Of a DNA stretch of 32,000 nt, positions 7,493-14,249 are shown in pieces. This stretch comes from Candidatus Iainarchaeum sp. Its GTDB lineage: Archaea > Iainarchaeota > Iainarchaeia > Iainarchaeales > DTGL01. The translations under genes and the position numbers were made by a program. Below the pieces are notes generated by a model, which saw nothing but the letters and a program-made list of their open reading frames with translations, did no database searches and had not been told where the DNA came from. The stretch's first letter is position 1. Every line of letters begins with the position of its first letter. The stretch lies in assembly GCA_038736825.1 (NCBI GenBank), contig JAVYME010000005.1, positions 1-32,000 on the forward strand, in the 5' to 3' direction.

Positions 7493-8911
7493 ATGCCTTC
7501 AAGAGCGCCAACGCGCAAGCCCTTGCAAAAAAGAATTGGTTTCAATCAAGCGGCAAGGCAAGGAATTGTTTCTGGATTGCAAGCGCAAAGAGTTTTTGCA
7601 GCAAGAAAAGCCTTTAGAGTGAAAGCGCAAACAACAAGAGCTGCCTTGAATGCTGCCAGGGAAAAGACTCGTTCAAGGACAGCGCTCCAAAAAGCAAACC
7701 GCCTTACACCAAGCGAAAATCCTGCTTTTCAAGCAAGAGCAAACAAGCTTGAAAGGGAGAGAAGCGCCTTTCGAATAAGAGCGCAAAGGGAAAGGCTTGC
7801 AAGAGCAAAGCCTTTAACCAGAAAGCCTCAAACTGTCAGACCTGTTTTGCGCTTGAACCCTCCAAAAGAAAGACTTGAAAGGGCAAAAAATGGCTTGCGC
7901 AAAGTGTTTGCAGCAGGCTATAGGACAGTAAGGCCTGTTGCTGAAAGGGAAGCCGGAAGGCTTGCAGAGTCAGGTGCAAGGGCATTGAATGAAACGAGTG
8001 CAACAATCCATTATGCTTTCGGTGAAGGGATTTCTGCAACAGGGGATCTTGCAAGGCACACTGTTGGCACTAGTGTTAGGGCTGCAAGCGAGGTTGGAAA
8101 GGCAACTGTTTCAACTGTTGGTGCAGTTGGCGCTGGAGTGGCTGGTTCTGCGGTTTCAGCTGCAGGCGAGATTGTTGGCGGAACTGCTGTTGGAGCAATC
8201 AATGCAGCAGGCAGTATTGCTGGCAGGACAGCCAATGCAGCAATTTCAACTGCTGGCAGTCTTATAGCCGAGGGCGCTGAGTACGGAATCGGGCTTGCAG
8301 GCAGAGGCATAAGGTTTGGAGCAAAGGCAACTGCAAAAACCGCAAGAGGCCTTTTCATTGTAATGCCAAGGGCTTTGGCAAAACGGGTTCTCCAGTATAT
8401 TGGGGACAGGCGTGCTGTTTCAAGAATGGTTAACCCGAACCTCAAGGGAAAATGGCATCTTTATGTTCAACAAAACCCTGTTCTTACAAGGGATGGCTTT
8501 GTCCAACACGTTATTTGGAGGGATTTCAAAGTAAGAGGCGGTGAAACTCACACAATGCAGGTTGCAGTGGAGTTTGGTTTCACTTCAAGCGGCAAGTTTA
8601 CTGTTAGGTCTTATCCAATGCTTACCGGAAATGCTGATATTGATGCTTTAAACCAGCGCCTTTTCCAGAGAAAGTTCAGGGTTGTCCAAAAAGGAGTTAG
8701 ATCCTTGACGCGCAGGCTTGGCGGGGCAAAAGGCATAGGCGAAATAAGGGAAATGGCTCTTTCAATGGAAGCCTTTCCAGAAAAGCCTTATGCAGAGCCT
8801 CCTTCAAAAGTGGTTGCTTCAAGGGAATTGGTTCCAGAGAACGCTGCCCTGTCTGAAGCAGAAATTTCCAGTGCTTTTGAAGAAGCAAGAGAAATCGGAG
8901 AGCCAGGCTAA
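7493..8911 (+). CDS. Hypothetical protein, 472 aa: Arg/Ala/Lys-rich N-terminal region, central Gly/Ala 11-residue repeats, beta-looking globular domain, acidic tail (orphan)
   Basis: Long ATG ORF preceded by a TATA-like box (CAATTTTTTTAAAACC, about 7441-7456). GC content is clearly higher than in neighbouring genes. The in-frame 33-nt periodicity supports real coding. I recognise no family. Confidence 0.6.
   Translation: MPSRAPTRKPLQKRIGFNQAARQGIVSGLQAQRVFAARKAFRVKAQTTRAALNAAREKTRSRTALQKANRLTPSENPAFQARANKLERERSAFRIRAQRERLARAKPLTRKPQTVRPVLRLNPPKERLERAKNGLRKVFAAGYRTVRPVAEREAGRLAESGARALNETSATIHYAFGEGISATGDLARHTVGTSVRAASEVGKATVSTVGAVGAGVAGSAVSAAGEIVGGTAVGAINAAGSIAGRTANAAISTAGSLIAEGAEYGIGLAGRGIRFGAKATAKTARGLFIVMPRALAKRVLQYIGDRRAVSRMVNPNLKGKWHLYVQQNPVLTRDGFVQHVIWRDFKVRGGETHTMQVAVEFGFTSSGKFTVRSYPMLTGNADIDALNQRLFQRKFRVVQKGVRSLTRRLGGAKGIGEIREMALSMEAFPEKPYAEPPSKVVASRELVPENAALSEAEISSAFEEAREIGEPG
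8063..8350 (+). repeat. In-frame 33-nt (11-codon) imperfect tandem repeat array encoding a Gly/Ala/Ser/Thr/Val-rich segment
   Basis: The clearest adjacent units are 8195-8227 (gcaatcaatgcagcaggcagtattgctggcagg = AINAAGSIAGR) and 8228-8260 (acagccaatgcagcaatttcaactgctggcagt = TANAAISTAGS). Flanking units (VGTSVRAASEV/GKATVSTVGAV, LIAEGAEYGIG/LAGRGIRFGAK) keep the same register more weakly. Confidence 0.55.
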
Positions 8912-8969
8912 AACTCTAAGAACACTTTTTTTCAAAAAGCAAAGCAATTAAATTTCTTCACAGCATTGT

Positions 8970-9305
8970 TTGCTTGTGCTTGAAAGGTTTTTTGAAAGCA
9001 AGCCCAGTGCTGGAATCAAAGGCTTAAAGTTTTCCTTGGAATCAAAGCCTTCCGGCAAACGCATTCACTCAAAAAAGGCTGTTTTTCGCAAGCAGTTTTG
9101 CAATTCCAAAAAAGTTAAAGTAAAACTTTTGCACTCGCGCGTGATTGCAAGAAAGCCTTCAAGTGAAGAAAAAGAAAAAAGCGCAAGAATAGCAAAAAAC
9201 CTTGAAATGCTTGCATTTAAGACCTCTTCAATGGAACCACAGCGTGAGCCCAGTGAACCCGTAAAAGTAATAAAAAAAATCTTGGCTGAAAAGCCCAAAG
9301 ACTAA
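8970..9305 (+). CDS. Hypothetical Lys-rich protein, 111 aa (weak call)
   Basis: TTG start with no clear SD. Very basic composition (KKAVFRKQFCNSKKVKVKLL...). An antisense ORF of similar size exists at 9065-9298. It is kept only because it fills an otherwise empty 470-nt gap and has an upstream AATTAAATTT box. Confidence 0.3.
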   Translation: MLVLERFFESKPSAGIKGLKFSLESKPSGKRIHSKKAVFRKQFCNSKKVKVKLLHSRVIARKPSSEEKEKSARIAKNLEMLAFKTSSMEPQREPSEPVKVIKKILAEKPKD

Positions 9306-9379
9306 AACAGCACAACAACAAACCAATTTAAACCTTTAATTGCAATTCTTACTGTTTTATTTTTCGGGGGGCTTTTTTA

Positions 9380-10909
9380 ATGAAAGGAATTGAAATAAAC
9401 GGTTCAAGCCTTACTGTTGAAAAGCTTGCAATGATTGCAAGGTTCAAGGAAAAAATCTTTGTTTCAAGGGAAACACTCGCTCGCTTGGATGAAAACTGGA
9501 AAATGCTCAACGAATTGATTGAAAAAGGCGAAACCATTTACGGAGTCAACACTGGCTTTGGCGGCTTTGGGGACAAAATAATTTCAAAGGAACTGGGTGC
9601 AGAAATCTCCAAGCGCACCACTCGCTCTCATGCAGCCGGCGTAATGAATCCATTGCCGGAAGAAATAGTTCGCGCTGCAATGGCTTGCAGAATCAACACT
9701 CTTGCAAAAGGCTGCAGTGGGATTCGCTCAACCACTTTGCAGACAATGATTGAAATGTTGAACAAAAATGTTGTGCCAGTAGTGTACGAAAAAGGCTCGC
9801 TTGGAGCTTCAGGGGACTTGGCTCCACTTGCAATGATGGCTTTAGTGGTAATGGGTGAAGGAGAAGCATTCTATAAAGGCAAAAGAATGCCTGGCGCGAA
9901 AGCAATGAAAGCCGCAGGAATAAAACCAATAGACATGCGAAGACGCGAAGGACTGGCATTGTTCAATGGCTCACAGTTAATGACTGGAATTGGCGCTCTA
10001 GCAGTATATGATGCAGGCATCCTCTTAAAGACAGCTGACATTTCCGCATCAATGAGCATTGATGTCCTGAAAACAGTAATGAAGGCTTTTGACGAAAGAC
10101 TTCACGCCCTGAGGCCTTTCAAGGGCCAAAACGATGTTGCTGCAAACATTCGCGCTCTCACTGCTGAAAGCGAAATCTTGGCGCAAAAGGGAAAGGGAAC
10201 CCAAAGCGCTTACTCTTTAAGGTGCACTCCACAAGTTCATGGCGCTTCAAGAGACGCTTTAGAGTATGCGAAAAAAATTGTTGAAATTGAAATGAATTCT
10301 GTTGCAGACAACCCTATTTTCATTACAAAGGACAAGGCTTTTTTGACTGGCGGAAATTTTCACGGCCAGCCTGTTGCAATTGCAATGGATTTGCTTGGAA
10401 TTGCAATTGCAGAAATTGCCAACATTTCAGAGCGCAGAATTAACCGGATGACTTCGCCTCACTTGAATGCTGGCTTGCCTGGGTTTCTTGTCATTGGCGA
10501 GGAAGGGCTTGATTCTGGCTTGATGATGATTCATTATAGTGCTGCATCGCTTGTTTCAGAGAACAAGGTTTTGGCGCACCCAGCAAGCGTTGACAGCATT
10601 CCGGTTTCAGGCGACCAAGAAGACCATGTTTCCATGGGCACAATTGCTGCAAGAAAGTGCAGGGAAATAATCAACAATGCTTGGGGTGTGCTCACAATAG
10701 AATTAATGTGTGCAGCGCAAGCCCTTGACATTAGAAGGCCTTTAAGGGGCGGCATTGGAACAGAAGCAGCATATCGGGAGATAAGGAAGCATATAGGCAA
10801 ATACTCTGACAGCAGTGATGCTGTGTATTCTTATTTTGATAAATTGTTTCCAGCAGTGGTTAATGGAGAGATTTTGCAGGCAGTGGAAAGAAAATTAAAA
10901 CTCAAGTGA
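9380..10909 (+). CDS. hutH: Histidine ammonia-lyase / MIO-dependent aromatic amino-acid ammonia-lyase family
   Basis: 509 aa. The MIO-forming triad is in GSLGASGDLAPLA (Ala-Ser-Gly codons at 9806-9814). Also present are YGVNTGFGGFG, FNGSQLMTG, QDAYSLRC-like (QSAYSLRCTPQVHG) and GNFHGQP blocks. A GGGGGG SD precedes the ATG. Confidence 0.9.
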   Translation: MKGIEINGSSLTVEKLAMIARFKEKIFVSRETLARLDENWKMLNELIEKGETIYGVNTGFGGFGDKIISKELGAEISKRTTRSHAAGVMNPLPEEIVRAAMACRINTLAKGCSGIRSTTLQTMIEMLNKNVVPVVYEKGSLGASGDLAPLAMMALVVMGEGEAFYKGKRMPGAKAMKAAGIKPIDMRRREGLALFNGSQLMTGIGALAVYDAGILLKTADISASMSIDVLKTVMKAFDERLHALRPFKGQNDVAANIRALTAESEILAQKGKGTQSAYSLRCTPQVHGASRDALEYAKKIVEIEMNSVADNPIFITKDKAFLTGGNFHGQPVAIAMDLLGIAIAEIANISERRINRMTSPHLNAGLPGFLVIGEEGLDSGLMMIHYSAASLVSENKVLAHPASVDSIPVSGDQEDHVSMGTIAARKCREIINNAWGVLTIELMCAAQALDIRRPLRGGIGTEAAYREIRKHIGKYSDSSDAVYSYFDKLFPAVVNGEILQAVERKLKLK

Positions 10910-11004
10910 TTTTTTGCTTTAATTTTTTTTATTTAAGGCGTTTTTGTTTCAGTGGCGTGGTTTTTTGCAATTATGCTTTAATTAACTTTTTTTCCAATTC
11001 TTGC

Positions 11005-11508
11005 ATGCGTTTTTTCAAGGCAAAGCTTGAAAGGCATGCTGCTGGCAAGGGTTTGTTCCGGAAAGAGACTGCCTCTTTTTTGTTTTTGCGCAAGTGCAAG
11101 AAAATTCCAAGGCAGGTTTTCCTTGGCTTTGGATGGCGTTATGTTTTGCCACAAGAAATGGGTTCAAGAAAAATATTGCTTGACGCTAAACGCAAGGGAA
11201 AACCTGTTCACTTGTTTCAAAAAGGGGTTGTTGTAAAAGACAGTGTTTTTGGGGAAATAAAGGTGAATTTGTTGGCTGGAGTGCTTTTTGAAAGGAAGGC
11301 TTCTGGAGTGCAGGCAAGCGTTTTTTTTGTTGAACCAAGACAGGTGCTAAAAGATGGCTTTGCTGGATTTCCTGGAAGGACAAGTTCTTTGCAGAGGACA
11401 GCTCTTTGGCAGGAAAGGGAAAGCATCAAGGAAGCGGTTTTTTCTATTGCAAGAGCGCTTGGATTCAAGGATGCTGAAAAAATCAGTGTTTCTATTGTTC
11501 CAAGGTAA
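11005..11508 (+). CDS. Hypothetical protein (uncertain; the region may not be protein-coding)
   Basis: The track ORF 10906-11508 begins in T-rich terminator-like sequence. The first ATG is at 11005 and another at 11158 (MGSRKILL...). No recognisable motif. ORFs are open in several frames on both strands. Confidence 0.3.
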   Translation: MRFFKAKLERHAAGKGLFRKETASFLFLRKCKKIPRQVFLGFGWRYVLPQEMGSRKILLDAKRKGKPVHLFQKGVVVKDSVFGEIKVNLLAGVLFERKASGVQASVFFVEPRQVLKDGFAGFPGRTSSLQRTALWQERESIKEAVFSIARALGFKDAEKISVSIVPR

Positions 11509-11510
11509 AT

Positions 11511-12146
11511 TTATTTGAAAACAAAGCCTGTTTCTTTGGCCCACAATGCCAAGTCAAGTTCTTCTGGTTTTATTTTTTGCTTTTTGCAAAAGGCAAGCAT
11601 TTTTTGCTCTATTTCCAGGTATTGTTTTTTTCCCATGCTTTTTGGAATTTTGCTGATTGCCCCCAAAGATTTGAGGTTTTTCAAAATGTGTCTGTCAAGA
11701 ATTGCAATGTTTTCGTAAAAGCCTATGTTTCGCAGGAAATGGCTTGCTTCCTTTAAGCCCATGCCTTTGATGTTTTCTGCAAGCCAGTTCCTTGTGTGCA
11801 AGTGTTTTTGTTCAATGCGGTTTTCTTTCAGTATTTTTTTTATTTCCAGTTTTCCGTTTCTTTCAAAGAAGGTTCTTGCCATTGCAATGTATTTGCTTTT
11901 GTTGTTGTGGAACCTCACCCTGCGGTGCAAGCATTTTTTGAGTTCTGCTTTGTTTTGAAAGCATTTCTTTTTTTTGGCAATTTCAATTGCTTCTGCACAC
12001 TTTAAGGCATTGCTTTGTGGAGTGCACAGGCAGAAGGCAAGCTCTTCAAAGATTGCTTCATCTGGTTCTTTCCATTTTGACTTGAATTCTGAAAGCCTTT
12101 TCCTTATCTCTGCTTTTTTGCTTGTGCCCGAAAAAAGGTTTTCCAT
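11511..12146 (-). CDS. ogg: N-glycosylase/DNA lyase, archaeal Ogg2-type 8-oxoguanine DNA glycosylase (HhH-GPD)
   Basis: ELAFCLCTPQSNA...NIKGMGLKEASHFLRNIGFYENIAILDRHILKNL...YLEIE...LDLALW closely matches the Methanocaldococcus-type Ogg pattern. I prefer the ATG at 12146 (MENLFSG..., 211 aa) to the extended start at 12281. Confidence 0.88.
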   Translation of the reverse strand: MENLFSGTSKKAEIRKRLSEFKSKWKEPDEAIFEELAFCLCTPQSNALKCAEAIEIAKKKKCFQNKAELKKCLHRRVRFHNNKSKYIAMARTFFERNGKLEIKKILKENRIEQKHLHTRNWLAENIKGMGLKEASHFLRNIGFYENIAILDRHILKNLKSLGAISKIPKSMGKKQYLEIEQKMLAFCKKQKIKPEELDLALWAKETGFVFK

Positions 12147-12181
12147 GAAAAAAAGAGCGATGGAAGCCTTTTTAATAATAT

Positions 12182-12517
12182 GTGAAAAATATTTCACATA
12201 TGGCTGTTGTGCAAAAATGCTTTTCGGTTTTGGGCAATGACTTGAGAATGGAAATACTCCTTGCCTTGGAGCGAAAGCCAATGACTGTCAGCGAGCTTTC
12301 CGAAAAACTCGGAGCAGAGCGCTCCAATGTATCGCATTCCCTTTCAATGCTCAAAAAATGCCGCTTTATAAGAGCTGAAAAAAAAGGCAGGGAAAGGGTT
12401 TATTTTTTGGAGAAATGCGTTTTGAACGATTTAAAGCGAAAGGCAAACCTGATAGAATTAATGGAATTCCATGTCAAACACCATTGCGGAAAAAAGTGCG
12501 GAGGGAGTGAAAAATGA
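12182..12517 (+). CDS. ArsR/SmtB-family winged-helix transcriptional regulator with a C-terminal His/Cys tail
   Basis: LGNDLRMEILLALERKPMTVSELSEKLGAERSNVSHSLSMLKKCRFIRAEKKGRERVYFL is a classical ArsR wHTH. The tail is HVKHHCGKKCGGSEK. The start is either GTG 12182 or ATG 12200. The stop overlaps the nifS ATG (ATGA). Confidence 0.8.
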   Translation: MKNISHMAVVQKCFSVLGNDLRMEILLALERKPMTVSELSEKLGAERSNVSHSLSMLKKCRFIRAEKKGRERVYFLEKCVLNDLKRKANLIELMEFHVKHHCGKKCGGSEK

Positions 12518-13662
12518 AGATTTACTTGGACAATGCTGCAACAACCAAAATGCGAAAAGAAGTCCTTGCAGAAATGCTGCCCTTTTTTTGCAAAAAATAC
12601 GGAAACGCCTCCTCTCTCCACAATTTAGGGATTGAGGCAAGAGAAGCAATTGAAAAAGCAAGGGACAAGACTGCAAGATTGCTTGGCGTTAAATCAAGCG
12701 AAGTTTTTTTCACTTCTGGTGCAACAGAGGCTGACAACTTAGCACTCAAAGGAACTGCATTTGCTGCAAAAAAAGAAGGCAAAAACCAAGTGGTTGTATC
12801 AGCAATAGAGCATGATGCAGTTTTAAGCACTGCACAATGGCTTGAATCACAAGGATTTAAAATAATAAGACTGCCTGTTGACAGCTTTGGCTTTGTCAGC
12901 CCAGAAAAACTTGCATCCGCTTTAAACGAGAAAACTGCAATTGTTTCAATAATGTATGCAAACAATGAAATCGGAACAATAGAACCAATAAAAGAATTGG
13001 CAAAAATTTGCGCTGAAAAAAACACTCCATTCCATACAGACGCAGTGCAAGCCTTTGGAAAAATCCCATTAGAGCTTGAAAATGTTTCAATGCTTTCGCT
13101 TTCAGCCCACAAAATTTATGGCCCGAAAGGCACAGGCTTGCTGGTTAAAAGGGAAGGAATTGAAATTGAACCAATTTTGCACGGCGGAGGCCATGAACGA
13201 GGCTTAAGAAGCGGAACTGAAAATGTTGCAGGCATTGTTGGAATGGGAAAAGCCTTGGAGCTTGCATTCAAAGAAATGAAAACCGAAAGCAAGAGACAGG
13301 AAAAAATGAGGGACAAGCTAATCAAAGGGGTTTTGGAAATCCCGGACACGCGCTTAAACGGGCATCCAAAAAAAAGACTGCCCAACAATGCAAATTTTTC
13401 CTTTTCCTTCATAGAAGGCGAATCCATTGTATTGAGGCTAGCGGAAAAAGGAATTGCTGCAAGCACTGGCTCTGCTTGCTCTTCCCCAAAACTTGAACCA
13501 AGCCATGTACTGCTAGCCATTGGACTGGCTCCATCTGAAGCACATGGCTCGCTCAGGCTTTCACTGGGAAGATACAATACTGTTAAAGAAATAGATTTCA
13601 CTTTAAAGGTATTGCCAGGCATAGTGCGCGACCTTAGAAAAATAAGCCCTTTTGGAAGATAA
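12514..13662 (+). CDS. nifS: Cysteine desulfurase (NifS/IscS class I, PLP-dependent)
   Basis: IYLDNAATT, HTDAVQAFGK, SLSAHKIYGPKGTGLL (PLP lysine), RSGTENVAGI and the catalytic loop STGSACSS. GGAGGG SD upstream. Confidence 0.92.
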   Translation: MKIYLDNAATTKMRKEVLAEMLPFFCKKYGNASSLHNLGIEAREAIEKARDKTARLLGVKSSEVFFTSGATEADNLALKGTAFAAKKEGKNQVVVSAIEHDAVLSTAQWLESQGFKIIRLPVDSFGFVSPEKLASALNEKTAIVSIMYANNEIGTIEPIKELAKICAEKNTPFHTDAVQAFGKIPLELENVSMLSLSAHKIYGPKGTGLLVKREGIEIEPILHGGGHERGLRSGTENVAGIVGMGKALELAFKEMKTESKRQEKMRDKLIKGVLEIPDTRLNGHPKKRLPNNANFSFSFIEGESIVLRLAEKGIAASTGSACSSPKLEPSHVLLAIGLAPSEAHGSLRLSLGRYNTVKEIDFTLKVLPGIVRDLRKISPFGR

Positions 13663-13676
13663 GGAGAGTGAAAAAA

Positions 13677-14180
13677 ATGTATTCTGAAAGAGTTAGAAAC
13701 GCTTTTTTGAAACCGCATCACATGGGCAAAATGGAAAACCCGGATGGAATCGGCACAGTAGGCAACCTTGTGTGCGGAGACGTAATGTATTTGTACATTA
13801 AAGTGGGAAAGGGCAAAAACGGAAAAGAAAAAATAAAAGACATAAAATGGGAGACTTTTGGTTGCGCTGCTGCAATCGCCACTTCCTCAACAGTGGCAGA
13901 CATTGCAATTGGCAAAACACTTGAAGACGCAATTGAACTCTCCAATCAAGGAATAGTTGAAAGCCTTGGAGGTTTGCCCTCTGTAAAAGTACATTGTTCC
14001 GTGCTAGCAGTGGATGCATTGCATGAAGCAATATATGATTATTTAAAGAAAAACAAAAAACCCATTCCAGAAAAACTTGAAAAAAGGCATTTGGAAATCC
14101 AAAAGGAAATGGCTGAATTAAGGGAAAGATACAAAAACATAATTGCAGAACAGGAAAAAATGCTGAAAGGCAAAAAATGA
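13677..14180 (+). CDS. nifU: Fe-S cluster assembly scaffold, NifU N-terminal/IscU-like, with a C-terminal charged helical extension
   Basis: YSERV...HMGKMENPDG.GTVGN.VCGD.M.LYIKV...IKDIKWETFGCAAAIATSS...HCSVLA carries the three scaffold cysteines. I prefer ATG 13677 (alternative GTG 13668). Confidence 0.9.
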   Translation: MYSERVRNAFLKPHHMGKMENPDGIGTVGNLVCGDVMYLYIKVGKGKNGKEKIKDIKWETFGCAAAIATSSTVADIAIGKTLEDAIELSNQGIVESLGGLPSVKVHCSVLAVDALHEAIYDYLKKNKKPIPEKLEKRHLEIQKEMAELRERYKNIIAEQEKMLKGKK

Positions 14181-14249
14181 GCGAATGCCAATAAAGTATT
14201 TATATCTTCCTTTTCTCCATCTTATATGTCTTTTTTTTGAGGGGGCATA

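Noticed and set aside
8011-8445. 144-aa antisense ORF inside the 472-aa orphan gene
   Set aside because: It lies exactly over the GCN/GGN-rich repeat segment, where the reverse complement is naturally stop-poor. The product is low-complexity (A/P/T-rich) with no start context. It is a shadow ORF.
12147-12281. 45-codon N-terminal extension of the Ogg glycosylase
   Set aside because: Characterised Ogg2-type enzymes are about 207 aa and align from MENLFSG. The extension overlaps the divergent ArsR gene and its promoter.
12522-13721. Two long minus-strand ORFs (12522-13112 and 13116-13721) opposite nifS
   Set aside because: The plus strand encodes an unambiguous cysteine desulfurase with all catalytic motifs. 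The antisense translations are low-complexity Ser/Phe/Leu-rich with no motifs.
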